Below are positions 51,946 to 62,130 of a stretch of 62,452 nucleotides of DNA, in pieces. Position numbers and translations under genes: made by a program. Each line of letters opens with the position of its first letter. Within the stretch, counting starts at the first letter, position 1. Under the pieces are notes generated by a model that was not told the origin of the DNA, ran no database searches, and worked only from the letters and a program-made list of their open reading frames with translations. This DNA comes from Vicinamibacterales bacterium (GTDB taxonomy: Bacteria; Acidobacteriota; Vicinamibacteria; Vicinamibacterales; UBA2999): positions 1 through 62,452 of the forward strand of contig DAINQP010000006.1 in the NCBI GenBank assembly GCA_036742665.1. The letters run 5' to 3'.

Positions 51946-53193
51946 ATGAAGTTTGTGATGACTCCGGTTGGTTCGGCCGGCGACGTTCATCCGTTCATCG
52001 GCCTCGGACGCGCGCTTCGCGCCCGCGGCCACGAGGTCGTCATCGTCACGGCCGGTCCGTTCGAGCAGACCGTCACACGGGCGGGCCTGGGCTTTCGCGA
52101 GACCGTCTCGGCGGAGATCTTCGATCAAGTGTCCAAGCATCCTGACTTGTGGAACTCATTCCGCGGTCTGAAGCTCGTATTGGGCTCGGTGGCGTCGTAC
52201 CTGCGACTTGGTTACGACCGCGTCGCGGAGCAGCACGAACCAGGGCGCACGGTGCTGGTCGGGCATGCTCTGAGCTTCGGGACCCGGCTGTTCGAAGAGA
52301 AGCACCGCGTGCCGGCGGCGACACTGCACCTGGCGCCATCGATCTTTCGATCGGACTTCGAACAGCCGGCGATTGCACCCGGACGCGATCTGACGCGGGC
52401 ACCGCGTTGGATCAAACGCTCGTTCTGGTGGGCCGCGGATCGCTTCCTGAGCGATCCGCTCATCGTTCCGCGGCTGAATGCGTTTCGGCAGGAGCTGGGA
52501 TTGCAACCGGTGTCACGCGTCTTCCGTCACTGGCTGCACTCGCCGCAGCGCGTGATTGCTCTTTTTCCGGATTGGTTTGCTCCGCCACAACCCGATTGGC
52601 CTCCGCAGCTGCGACTGACAGGATTCCCGCAGTACGACGAGTCCGACCACCAGCAGCTGTCGCCGTCGCTGCTCGAGTTCCTCGATCGGGGTCCGGCCCC
52701 AATCGTCTTCACGGCAGGATCGGCCAACCAGAATGCCGCGTCGTTCTTTCGCGGCGCTGTGGACGCTGCCGCACGTCTCAACCGGCGGGCACTGCTGCTG
52801 ACACGGTTTACCGAACATCTGCCCGCCGTCCCGGCAACAGTGCACCACGAAAGCTACGCGCCGCTGTCGCGGCTGCTGCCCCGCAGCGCGGCACTGGTCC
52901 ATCATGGAGGCATTGGCACGTTGGCACAGGCACTGGCGGCCGGGGTCGCGCAATTGACAATGCCGATGGGGTTCGATCAGCCGGATAACACGATGCGTCT
53001 GCTTCGTCTCGGCGTCGCGAAGTGGGTCGCGCCTTCGGAGTTCTCGGGCGAAAAAGTCGCGCCGCTGCTCAATACGCTGCTGACCGATCCCGCTGTCGCG
53101 TCCGCGTGCGCAAAGTACGCGGCGCATCTGAAGGACGGCTCGGCCCTGACGCGCACCTGCGAATTGCTCGAGGATCTGCGTCCGGCACCATAA
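51946..53193 (+). CDS. Family 1 glycosyltransferase (RhlB/sterol-GT-like)
   Basis: GSAGDVHPF, HHGGIGT.AQAL.AG, P.GFDQPDN. Confidence 0.9.
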   Translation: MKFVMTPVGSAGDVHPFIGLGRALRARGHEVVIVTAGPFEQTVTRAGLGFRETVSAEIFDQVSKHPDLWNSFRGLKLVLGSVASYLRLGYDRVAEQHEPGRTVLVGHALSFGTRLFEEKHRVPAATLHLAPSIFRSDFEQPAIAPGRDLTRAPRWIKRSFWWAADRFLSDPLIVPRLNAFRQELGLQPVSRVFRHWLHSPQRVIALFPDWFAPPQPDWPPQLRLTGFPQYDESDHQQLSPSLLEFLDRGPAPIVFTAGSANQNAASFFRGAVDAAARLNRRALLLTRFTEHLPAVPATVHHESYAPLSRLLPRSAALVHHGGIGTLAQALAAGVAQLTMPMGFDQPDNTMRLLRLGVAKWVAPSEFSGEKVAPLLNTLLTDPAVASACAKYAAHLKDGSALTRTCELLEDLRPAP

Positions 53194-53201
53194 TGGCGTA
53201 G

Positions 53202-55565
53202 ATGTCAGCTGCGGATTACGAGAAGCTCGGACTCTTCTATCTCGGCAAACAACACGATCTCGACGCAGGTAAACGCCGCGACGACCTCCTCCTCTACGAC
53301 TCCCGCGATCTGCTGACCCACGCAGTCATCGTCGGCATGACCGGCAGTGGCAAGACCGGCCTCGGGATCACGCTTATCGAGGAAGCGGCGATCGACGGCA
53401 TTCCGGTCCTGGCCATCGATCCGAAAGGCGACCTCGGAAATCTCCTCCTGACCTTCCCCAATCTCGCCGCATCAGACTTCGCGCCGTGGATTGATGCCGG
53501 CGACGCGCAGCGTCACGACACGACCGTTGACGCATATGCGGCCGAAACGGCGCAACGCTGGAAGGCCGGGCTCGCAGAGTGGAATCAGGACGGCGCGCGC
53601 ATCGCGAAGCTGAAAGCCGCGGCCGATGTGACCGTCTACACGCCGGGCAGCCGCATCGGCACTCCACTCGCCATTCTGGGTTCGCTCGGACCAGCGGCCG
53701 CCGAGTCGGGCGAGGAGGCGCAATCGGACATCGCGACCACCGCCGCAAGCCTGCTTGGCCTGGCCGGGCTCGACAATGTACCGCCGCACAGCCGAGAGCA
53801 GGCACTCGTCTCCGCGATCCTGTCGAACCGTCCGCCCAATGCGCCTGCCGATCTGCGCTGGCTCGTGCAGCAGATTCAGCGTCCCTCTTTCGACAGCATC
53901 GGTGTGCTCGACCTCGAGACGTTCTTCCCGGCGCGCGACCGTCAGGAGCTGGCGCTGCGGTTCAACAGCGTGCTGGCGGCGCCGGGGTTCGATGCGTGGA
54001 GCGCTGGCGACCCGCTCGACGCGGCGTCGTTGCTGTTTACTCCCGCTGGCAGGCCGCGAATCGCCGTCATCTCCGTCGCGCACCTCGACGATGCGCAACG
54101 GATGCTGGTGGTGTCGTTGGTGCTCAATGCCGTGTTGCGATGGACGCGCCGGCAGAGCGGCACGAGCTCGCTGCGCGCACTCGTCTACATGGACGAAGTG
54201 TTTGGTTACCTCCCGCCGGTCGCGAATCCCTCGTCCAAGCTGCCACTGCTCACGCTGCTGAAGCAGGCGCGCGCGTTTGGCGTGGGCCTGGTCCTCGCGA
54301 CACAGAACCCGGTCGATCTCGATTACAAGGCGCTCTCGAATGCCGGGACGTGGTTTCTCGGCAAGCTGCAGACCGAGCGCGACAAAGCCCGGATGCTCGA
54401 TGGTCTCGATGGCGTATCGTCGGGACTCGATCGGCACACGATCGATCGCGCGCTGTCATCGCTCAAGGCTCGCGTGTTCCTGATGCACAACGTGCACGAG
54501 CAGGCCCCGATTGCGTTCGAGACCCGATGGGCGTTGTCGTATCTGCGCGGGCCCATGGGACGCGATGAGCTGCGACGATTCACGCGCGCGTCGGCGACGA
54601 GCACAGCGCCGACACCACCGTCGGTTCCGGCATCGGTAGCCGCCTCGTCTCCCGCATCGACCGTAAAGCCCGTCGTTCCCGCCGGGATCGAGGAGTACGT
54701 GCTGCCGACCGAAGGTGACAGCCCCGCGAAATACGCACCTGTGCTCTACGGCGCGGCCCGCGTGCAGTACGCCGACACGAAGCGGGACATCGATGTGACG
54801 CGAGCCGTTCAGGCCATCGTCCCATTCACCAACGGCCCGATCCCTGTCGATTGGGAGCATGCCGAGGAAACGCCGCATTCGCCCGAGACACTCAAGCCGC
54901 CGTCGGCAAGCGCGGCGGCGCCGCATCAGCCGCTTCCGCCAGCGGCGCTCGACAAGAAGCGATACGCCGCGTGGACCAAGGACTTCGAGCAGTGGCTGGC
55001 TCGCACGCCGCTCAAGATCTATGCGGTGCCGTCGATGAAACTCGTCTCGAAGCCTGGAGAATCCGAACGAGATTTTCGGGTACGCATTCAGCACGCTGGC
55101 CGCGAGATGCGCGACGCGGCGGTCGAGCAACTTCGGGAGCGGTACGCACCGAAGCTGGCGCGTCTGCAGGAGAAGGCGCGAAAAGCGGAAGACGCGCTGG
55201 GCAAGGAACAGCAGCAGGCGTCACAGCAGAAAGTGCAAACTGCGATTTCTTTCGGGACGACGATGCTCGGCGCATTGTTGGGACGCCGGGCGGTGTCGCT
55301 GTCCACGCTCGGGCGGGCGACGACGGCGGCGCGAGGGGTCGGCCGTTCGGCCAAGGAGACTGAGGACGTTGCGAAGGCTCAAGCACGCCTCGACGAGGCG
55401 CAGGCGGAGCTGGGCGCGCTGGAGGCTGAACTGCAGCAGGAAGTGGCGGCGCTCGAAAGTGCGGCACCGGGCAGCGTCGCCGTCGAAACGATCGAGATCA
55501 AACCCAAGCGAGGCGGCGTGGACGTGAGGATCGTCGCGCTCGCCTGGGAACCGATCGCCTCGTAG
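53202..55565 (+). CDS. HerA/FtsK-superfamily P-loop ATPase (DUF87/DUF853-like) with C-terminal coiled coils
   Basis: THAVIVGMTGSGKT, IDPKGD, VYMDEVFG, RAFGVGLVLATQNP.D.DY; CATAAT 7 nt before ATG. Confidence 0.85.
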   Translation: MSAADYEKLGLFYLGKQHDLDAGKRRDDLLLYDSRDLLTHAVIVGMTGSGKTGLGITLIEEAAIDGIPVLAIDPKGDLGNLLLTFPNLAASDFAPWIDAGDAQRHDTTVDAYAAETAQRWKAGLAEWNQDGARIAKLKAAADVTVYTPGSRIGTPLAILGSLGPAAAESGEEAQSDIATTAASLLGLAGLDNVPPHSREQALVSAILSNRPPNAPADLRWLVQQIQRPSFDSIGVLDLETFFPARDRQELALRFNSVLAAPGFDAWSAGDPLDAASLLFTPAGRPRIAVISVAHLDDAQRMLVVSLVLNAVLRWTRRQSGTSSLRALVYMDEVFGYLPPVANPSSKLPLLTLLKQARAFGVGLVLATQNPVDLDYKALSNAGTWFLGKLQTERDKARMLDGLDGVSSGLDRHTIDRALSSLKARVFLMHNVHEQAPIAFETRWALSYLRGPMGRDELRRFTRASATSTAPTPPSVPASVAASSPASTVKPVVPAGIEEYVLPTEGDSPAKYAPVLYGAARVQYADTKRDIDVTRAVQAIVPFTNGPIPVDWEHAEETPHSPETLKPPSASAAAPHQPLPPAALDKKRYAAWTKDFEQWLARTPLKIYAVPSMKLVSKPGESERDFRVRIQHAGREMRDAAVEQLRERYAPKLARLQEKARKAEDALGKEQQQASQQKVQTAISFGTTMLGALLGRRAVSLSTLGRATTAARGVGRSAKETEDVAKAQARLDEAQAELGALEAELQQEVAALESAAPGSVAVETIEIKPKRGGVDVRIVALAWEPIAS

Positions 55566-55587
55566 AGGCGGGTCTTTAGACCCGCCT
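55562..55587. repeat. GTAG-initiated REP-like palindrome overlapping the stop codon
   Basis: gtag aggcgggtct tt agacccgcct. Confidence 0.75.
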
Positions 55588-55597
55588 GCCTACCGAT

Positions 55598-56176
55598 CTA
55601 ATGCGCGGCGCAGGAGCCGCCGAGCGGTTTCACTGACACAACGGTGTATTGGCCTAACGGGGCCCGATCGATCTCGACCTTGGTCTTCTCCCGCGACGTG
55701 CGGTCGCGACCGTGCTCCGGATCGACCTTGGTCTCGTCCTTCACCGTTACGTCTGCATCCTTGTGCCCTGGCTTCACGGTCGCCGCCGCAACCTGCACAC
55801 GCTGGCCGACGTGCGGCGTGAGGTTCACACTTCCGGGCGCCAACACATAGGTGGACATCACGCCGGCAGCTGCCTGATCGCGCTTGTCTCCGTTGTCGCC
55901 CTTCGCTCGCGTCTCAGCGGTGACCGTGGTGTCGTGCTTGTCGCGATCGACCTTCACCTTTGCGTCGTTGGTGACCTTCTCGCCGACGGCGTCAACGCTG
56001 CCGACGAGCATGTACGCGCCGGTCTGAGCGTCCTGACGCAGACATCCCGTCATGCTCACAACCTGCGCTTCATCGCCTTCGATCTTCGTCCGCGACTTGA
56101 CGGTTGTGTCCTGCGCGGCGCTCAGGGTCGTGCCGACCGCCAACAGCACCACCGCGCCATAAATGGTCAGCTTCAT
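55598..56176 (-). CDS. Hypothetical exported protein
   Basis: GGAAAGG before ATG 56176; signal peptide; MTGCL and HVGQRVQV segments. Confidence 0.7.
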   Translation of the reverse strand: MKLTIYGAVVLLAVGTTLSAAQDTTVKSRTKIEGDEAQVVSMTGCLRQDAQTGAYMLVGSVDAVGEKVTNDAKVKVDRDKHDTTVTAETRAKGDNGDKRDQAAAGVMSTYVLAPGSVNLTPHVGQRVQVAAATVKPGHKDADVTVKDETKVDPEHGRDRTSREKTKVEIDRAPLGQYTVVSVKPLGGSCAAH

Positions 56177-56341
56177 GGGTATCCCTTTCCTCAGCTGTTC
56201 ATTCATCGCTCAGAGTCAGTTGGTGCAGAAATCATTCCTTTTACACTCATCCGCAGTCGGACAGTACGCGTGATCTTGATCCGCATCAAAATGTAAGAGT
56301 AATATCAGTGCGCTCGGATTAACCCTCGGGCAACTCCATCA

Positions 56342-56521
56342 ATGAACGTCGAACGCAAGTGCCCCGCGTGCGGGCAGGGCTTTGGCCTTGCTCGGCGTGT
56401 CTCTACGGTGCCCGGCCGTAGGGATATTGTGGTGATCCTCATGGTGTGCCGTTCGTGCTGCCACGAGTGGAGCGACGAGCGACCCTCACTGGCTATCGCG
56501 ATCAGCGCGGCGGAAGCCTAG
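56342..56521 (+). CDS. Small zinc-ribbon protein (59 aa), not in the ORF track
   Basis: MNVERKCPACG...MVCRSCCHEWSDE: CxxC...CxxC with a HEW motif. Confidence 0.55.
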   Translation: MNVERKCPACGQGFGLARRVSTVPGRRDIVVILMVCRSCCHEWSDERPSLAIAISAAEA

Positions 56522-56656
56522 TAACACGGCACTCGTTCGCCGCCTTTCATTCACGCCCTGCGCACATGTATGCGCCAGGCATGGCACATTCGCCGCGGTC
56601 CTCAAAGTGAGAACGCTGTGATTGGATATCGCACGCGTGGCGTGATATCGATTTCG

Positions 56657-56770
56657 TCACTGAAAAAGGTTGACCAAGAACACCGCGCAGGTCGCGACCA
56701 AAAGGACGGTGAGCATCACCTTCATCTGAAAATCACTCAACCGGCTCAGCCGTCGGTCGTTCGTCTCCAT
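56657..56770 (-). CDS. Small single-pass membrane protein (37 aa), not in the ORF track
   Basis: METNDRRLSRLSDFQMKVMLTVLLVATCAVFLVNLFQ; GAGGAG Shine-Dalgarno a few nt upstream. Confidence 0.6.
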   Translation of the reverse strand: METNDRRLSRLSDFQMKVMLTVLLVATCAVFLVNLFQ

Positions 56771-57026
56771 GACTCGTCTCCTCGAGACAAGACCAATGCA
56801 AAAGTCGGACGCAGTAACGTCGATGTAAAGGCCTGCTTGAATTTACTCAGCCAGTTACGGTTATGTATTTCCGGAGCAGCGAGATCCGGCTCACTCTGTC
56901 GAGGTAGTGGCGACGTTGGCGACGGAGCTGGTTATTGTCGAGCGTGGCCGATTGACCCTAGCCAGCAGTCGTCGAGTTGTGGCTCCCGATCCTCAGCTGA
57001 CGATGCTCGTCAGTTCAGCGTCGCGC

Positions 57027-58250
57027 TCAATTGAGCGCCCACATCGCCAAGCTCGACACGTCCTTCACGAACACGCGATTCCCAGAGATGACGGGCTGCG
57101 CCCACGTGGCGGAGTTGGCGACGGTGTATCGCTTCAGCTCCTGAAATGCCGACGCATTCACACGTCCGACGACAAGCTCCGCATCGTCTTCGAGCGCGAA
57201 GACGAGAGCGCCGGCGTGAACAATCGCCGCGTTCTCACCTTGGCGCGGCATGCCGGTCCATAAGGTCTTGCCGTTCTTCATGTCGAGCAGGAAGTACTGC
57301 CCGCGATTGCGGTGCGAGAGCCCGAACAGGGTGTCGCCAATCATCACGGCGTTCGACATGTACAGCGAGACGCCATCGTTCTGCCAGGCGTTCTCGGTCG
57401 TCCACTGATCGCCTTTCTTCACCAGCCTGAACGCTGCCGTCGGTTCCTGATAGCCGGCAATGATCACGGTGTTGCCGAGGACCAGCGGGGTGACGATGTT
57501 CTGCGTGTACTCGGTCTTGAACGGACGGCGCCACAGCAGGCGGCCCTCGGTGGACACGCCAATGACGTTGTCCTGAGTGAGCGTGATGATCTGATGGACG
57601 CCATCGACGTCAGCAGCAAGCGGGGACGCATACGACGGTCCATCGCCGGTCCACGACCACTTCACCTCCCCGGTGTTTGCATCGAATGCGGTGAGCGCGC
57701 CCTGATCGTGTCCACCGACGTGCACGATCACCAGCCCGCGATCGACCAGCGGTGACGCGGACGTGCCATAGAGCGGCAGGGTTTTTCCAGCCGGCTTCTG
57801 CCACAGCTGCTTACCGCTGGCCGCATCGAATGCCGAGACGATGCCGCCCATACCGAGCGTGTAGAGATGGCCATTGGCGAATGTCGGGGTCGCCTTCGGA
57901 CCAGGTCCATGCGCTTGCGCGGCGGGGTTCACCGTGATTGGCGCCGCATAGCGCGTCTGCCAGACGGCTTTACCGGTCGCCGCGTCGAGCGCCTGCATCA
58001 CCTCGTTTACGCCCTGGCGTGTGAAGGTGTAGATGCGTCCGCCGACGAGAACGGGTGTGGCGTGTCCCTCGCCGACCTCTACCTTCCATCGCTGCGTCAG
58101 TCGCTCGGGCCATGCCTTTGGCTCGGCAAATGATGCGACAGCGCCATCACGATTCGGTCCTCTGAACTGCGGCCAGTCCGGGCCTGAGTTCTGGGCGGCC
58201 AGGACGACCGGGGCCGCGACGAGTACAGCGCAGAGCGCACGCCTCAGCAT
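57027..58250 (-). CDS. Exported PQQ-like beta-propeller repeat protein (paralog of 22363-23619)
   Basis: DWPQFRGPNRDG, GPGPKATPTF, QPVISGNRVFVKDVSSL; ATGA overlap with the M3 peptidase gene. Confidence 0.88.
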   Translation of the reverse strand: MLRRALCAVLVAAPVVLAAQNSGPDWPQFRGPNRDGAVASFAEPKAWPERLTQRWKVEVGEGHATPVLVGGRIYTFTRQGVNEVMQALDAATGKAVWQTRYAAPITVNPAAQAHGPGPKATPTFANGHLYTLGMGGIVSAFDAASGKQLWQKPAGKTLPLYGTSASPLVDRGLVIVHVGGHDQGALTAFDANTGEVKWSWTGDGPSYASPLAADVDGVHQIITLTQDNVIGVSTEGRLLWRRPFKTEYTQNIVTPLVLGNTVIIAGYQEPTAAFRLVKKGDQWTTENAWQNDGVSLYMSNAVMIGDTLFGLSHRNRGQYFLLDMKNGKTLWTGMPRQGENAAIVHAGALVFALEDDAELVVGRVNASAFQELKRYTVANSATWAQPVISGNRVFVKDVSSLAMWALN

Positions 58251-60313
58251 CAGTTGGTACCGGCGGGCGTCTCGCGGTTCAACCATTCCTCCCACGCGTT
58301 CGCATTGAAGGGACGACCAAGGAAATCGCGCACCAGCGTCGCCGCGGGTTTCGAGCTGCCGGGCGCAAAGACGGCGTCGCGGTACCGGCGGGCGGCGCCC
58401 GGTACCGAGAGATTGCTCTTGTCGAAACCGGTGAGCAGGTCCTTCGCGATCACGAGCGACCACATGTAGGTGTAGTAGGCGCTGGCATATCCCGGGTTGG
58501 CCAGATGCGTGAACCCCAATTCGCGATACGTGCCGTCCACGTGTGAGTACGGGAGGTAGCGGTTGTGAATTTCCTTGAACAACGCCGCCGCGTTCACGCG
58601 CTTCGGGTCGCGATCGTGCAGCGACAACGACACGCGCGCCAACACCATCTGCCCGCGCACGTCGAGGCCCTGCCCGAATTCGCTGGCGCGCCGCATCTGG
58701 GTCACGAGCCGGGCGGGAATAGGCTCACCGGTCTGGTAGTGCGTTGCGAACGTGGCCAGCGTGGCCGGATCCCAGATCCATTCCTCGAGCATCTGCGACG
58801 GCGCTTCGACAAAATCGCGCTCGAGGTGCGTGCTGCTCATGCCGTACCAGGCGCGATGGCCGCCGACGAGACGATGTACGACGTGGCCGAACTCGTGAAA
58901 GAGCGTACGGACCTCGTCGTGAGTCATGAGGCCGGGGTCGTCAGCGCGTCCACCCGACAAACTGGCTACCAGGATCGCTTCCGGAATGTGCTTGTTCGCG
59001 GCGCCTTGACGCACAGTGCTCGTGAAAGCATTGGAGGATTTCCCGGCGCGCGGATAGAGATCGAGATACACGCGCCCGACCAATTGATCCCCGTCGAGCA
59101 TCTCGTAGACGCGCACCGATGGATGCCACGCCTGCACACCGGACGCCGGCCGATACGTCACCGCGAAAATTCGGCTCGTAACGTCGAGCACGCCCTGGAG
59201 CACACGATTCGCTGCGAAGTACGGTCGTACGGTCTGTGAATCGAAGGTATAGCTCTGGCGGCGGATCCGTTCGGCGTAGAACGGCCGGTCCCACACGTCC
59301 AAGCTGCTGCCCGGTACCGCCTGACGCTTGATCTTCACCAACTCGTCGTACTCAACGGCTGCCTTCCGGCTCGCCGCCGCGACGACCCGATCGATGAATG
59401 CCGAGACGGTCTTCACGTCGCCCGACATCCGCGACGCCATGTCGTAGCTCGCCCACGTCGGGTAGCCGAGCAGCCGGGCCATCTCCGCGCGCACCGTCAG
59501 CATCTTGGCCAGCACCGCCACGTTCTCTGGATGCGCCACGGTGTTCGACTCGATGTACATCCGCTTGCGGAGGTCCTCGCTGGTCGCGTAGGTCAGCACC
59601 GGCCGGGCGTCGACGATGTCGCTGGTGAGCGTGATCGCGCCTGACGCATCGGGCTTGTGCCGCGCGACGAAGTCAGTCGGCAGTCCGTCGAGATCCTTCG
59701 CGCTGGCGACAGTGAACCGGTGGCCGCGCTCACGGATGTTGCGCAGGTACTCGGCCATCAGCACCGTCAGATCGTCGCGCAGTCCCTTCAGCCGTGCCCG
59801 TGTGATCTCAGGGCGATCGACGCCGAGCCGTCGCAGCTCGCGAATCGTGCGCTCGACGTAGTAGCGCGATTCCGCATCAGCGCCGTCGAGCCGTATCTCC
59901 TGTAACGCGCGAAACACGTCCGGCCGCAGCGAAATCTCGGCTTCGAGTGCATCGGCTTTGCGCTCGAGATCGTCGCCCGCCTTCCGCATTGCCTCGTCCG
60001 GATGCAGCGCGGCCATGATCCCCGCGAGTCCGCTGGCCGTGCGGATTTCTTCGCGAAGCTCGTCGTAGGGTTCGAGGGTGTTGGCGATCGTCCGCGGCGC
60101 TTTGAGTGCGGTGAACTCGGTCAACAGCCGTTGCGCACTCGACAGGCGCGTGTCGACGGCCTTCTGCAGCGACGCCACGTCGGTGACCCCGGCGGTGAAT
60201 GACGAATCGACAGATTCACGAGCGGACGAATGCAGGGAGACAGGTGGCGGCTCTTGTGCAGAACCGACACCTGTGAGGGCGACACAGACGAGAGCAGCGA
60301 CTAGGCGGAGCAC
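58250..60313 (-). CDS. Exported M3-family (thimet-like) metallopeptidase
   Basis: Signal peptide; TLFHEFGH, DFVEAPSQMLEEW, YYTYMWS.VIAKD, FLGRP. Confidence 0.93.
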   Translation of the reverse strand: MLRLVAALVCVALTGVGSAQEPPPVSLHSSARESVDSSFTAGVTDVASLQKAVDTRLSSAQRLLTEFTALKAPRTIANTLEPYDELREEIRTASGLAGIMAALHPDEAMRKAGDDLERKADALEAEISLRPDVFRALQEIRLDGADAESRYYVERTIRELRRLGVDRPEITRARLKGLRDDLTVLMAEYLRNIRERGHRFTVASAKDLDGLPTDFVARHKPDASGAITLTSDIVDARPVLTYATSEDLRKRMYIESNTVAHPENVAVLAKMLTVRAEMARLLGYPTWASYDMASRMSGDVKTVSAFIDRVVAAASRKAAVEYDELVKIKRQAVPGSSLDVWDRPFYAERIRRQSYTFDSQTVRPYFAANRVLQGVLDVTSRIFAVTYRPASGVQAWHPSVRVYEMLDGDQLVGRVYLDLYPRAGKSSNAFTSTVRQGAANKHIPEAILVASLSGGRADDPGLMTHDEVRTLFHEFGHVVHRLVGGHRAWYGMSSTHLERDFVEAPSQMLEEWIWDPATLATFATHYQTGEPIPARLVTQMRRASEFGQGLDVRGQMVLARVSLSLHDRDPKRVNAAALFKEIHNRYLPYSHVDGTYRELGFTHLANPGYASAYYTYMWSLVIAKDLLTGFDKSNLSVPGAARRYRDAVFAPGSSKPAATLVRDFLGRPFNANAWEEWLNRETPAGTN

Positions 60314-62130
60314 TCTCCGTCCATCACTTCAGGGGCAAACGCCTGGGTCTCGCCGAGATCCACGAAGTCCTCATCGGTCGTCTCGTTCGGCAACAGCAGC
60401 GCGAGGTCCTTGAGGACATCGGTGGCCATCGCCGGCGGAATGCGGCGGAAGAACGCACCGAGCTCCTCCTCGCCCTCTCTCTTGTCGGTGTAAAGGCCAA
60501 GCAGACGATCGACTGCATCGACGAGGCGATGCACTGGCACTTTCGAGACGACCTTGCCGAAGTGCGCGACACCCTCATCCGTGGCGCCGCCGCCGACCAG
60601 CACGAAGTACTGTGGCACCGCGCGGCTGCCGACCTTGCGCACGCTGCCCTGGAAACCAATCGATCCGATGTGATGCTGACCGCAGCCGTTCGGGCAGCCA
60701 CTGATCTTGATGTGACCCGACGGCACCATATCCACAAGATCGGTGCGCCTGCTCAGGAACTCGGTCAGCACGCGGCCGAGACCGCGCGACTGGGTCACGG
60801 CCAGACGGCAGCTCTCCGCACCGGGGCAGCTCACGACGTCGCCAAGCGTGCCGGCGTCAGGCGCCGAAAGCCCCGCGGCGGCGAGTCGTTGATAGAAGGG
60901 CTCGACCGATGACGTCTTCACCCATCGATACAGCACGTTCTGATCGACAGTCAGACGCATCGATCCATCACCATATGCTTCGGCGAGATCCGCAAGCACG
61001 CGCATCTGACCCGACGTGAAGTCGCCGAGTGGCAAGCGAACGGTCACGTGGCAGTAGCCGGGCTGCCGCTGCTTGCTGACGTTGCTGCGCATCCACCGCA
61101 GATAGCTGTCGGGCAGCGCCGCGAGTCGGACGCTGCCGGGCATAATGCCTGGGCCATTCACCGGCGTGCTCGCTGCCGCGGCAACGGCCTGCAATGTCGG
61201 AGGCAGCGCGGGTGCCCAGTCGGGCGCTTGCTCCGATCTGGGGGGCGATTGCGGGTCGAACGGCAGCGACGCACCGCCCGATTGCTTGAATTCAGCCAGC
61301 GCATCCTCGTACCGCTGACGGAACCCGTCCCAGGTCAGCGCTCTGATCGTGAACTTCAGACGATTCCTCGATTTGTGTTCGTAATCACCGAACCGGTGGA
61401 ACACACGCACCACCGCCTCGGCAACGTTGAACATCTCTTCGACCGGCATGAAGTCATAGAGCACGTACCCGGTCACCGGCAGGATCGACGTGCCGCCGGC
61501 AACCGTCACGCGGAATCCGCGCCTGCCGTCGACGACGCGCGCGCGCCAACCGATGTCGTTGATCGACGCGACCGCGTGATCTTCGCTGCACCCTTCGAAC
61601 GCGATCTTGAACTTGCGCGGCAGCTTCGCCGCGAGCGGATGCCTCAGGAAGTAGCGCGTCATCGCCTCGGCGTACGGAGTGACGTCGAAGATCTCTGTCT
61701 CGGACGTCCCGGCATACGGACAGCCCGTGATGTTGCGCACCGAGTTGCCGCACGCCTCGCGCGTCGTCAACCCTTCGTCGGCGAGCGTGCGCATCACCTC
61801 TTCGACGACGTCGAGCTTGACGAAGTGATACTGGATGTTCTGCCTCGTGGTGACGTGACAGAAGCCACGAGAATGCCGCGCCGCCACACCGGCCAGCGCC
61901 CGCATCTGCGAGGACGTGACAATGCCCTGCGGGACCTTGATCCGCAGCATCTGCACGCCGTCCTGGCGCTGCCCGTACGTGCCGCGCACGAGCCTGAATC
62001 GACGCCAGTCGTCCGGCGAGATCTCGCCGCGCTCGTATTTGCCGAGCACATCGACGAATTCGTCGATGTCGCGCTCGTCGGCAAAGTCGAGACGCGCGCG
62101 CCCCATCGTGTTCGCATCAACTCCGGCCAT
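60301..62130 (-). CDS. Siroheme/[4Fe-4S] sulfite or nitrite reductase hemoprotein
   Basis: TTRQNIQ, ACGNSVRN, LPRKFKIA, SCPGAESC, SGCPNGCGQH. Confidence 0.93.
   Translation of the reverse strand: MAGVDANTMGRARLDFADERDIDEFVDVLGKYERGEISPDDWRRFRLVRGTYGQRQDGVQMLRIKVPQGIVTSSQMRALAGVAARHSRGFCHVTTRQNIQYHFVKLDVVEEVMRTLADEGLTTREACGNSVRNITGCPYAGTSETEIFDVTPYAEAMTRYFLRHPLAAKLPRKFKIAFEGCSEDHAVASINDIGWRARVVDGRRGFRVTVAGGTSILPVTGYVLYDFMPVEEMFNVAEAVVRVFHRFGDYEHKSRNRLKFTIRALTWDGFRQRYEDALAEFKQSGGASLPFDPQSPPRSEQAPDWAPALPPTLQAVAAAASTPVNGPGIMPGSVRLAALPDSYLRWMRSNVSKQRQPGYCHVTVRLPLGDFTSGQMRVLADLAEAYGDGSMRLTVDQNVLYRWVKTSSVEPFYQRLAAAGLSAPDAGTLGDVVSCPGAESCRLAVTQSRGLGRVLTEFLSRRTDLVDMVPSGHIKISGCPNGCGQHHIGSIGFQGSVRKVGSRAVPQYFVLVGGGATDEGVAHFGKVVSKVPVHRLVDAVDRLLGLYTDKREGEEELGAFFRRIPPAMATDVLKDLALLLPNETTDEDFVDLGETQAFAPEVMDGECSA

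Noticed and set aside
56570-57263. Plus-strand ORFs 56570-57034 and 56907-57263
   Set aside because: No motifs, and they overlap better-supported minus-strand features
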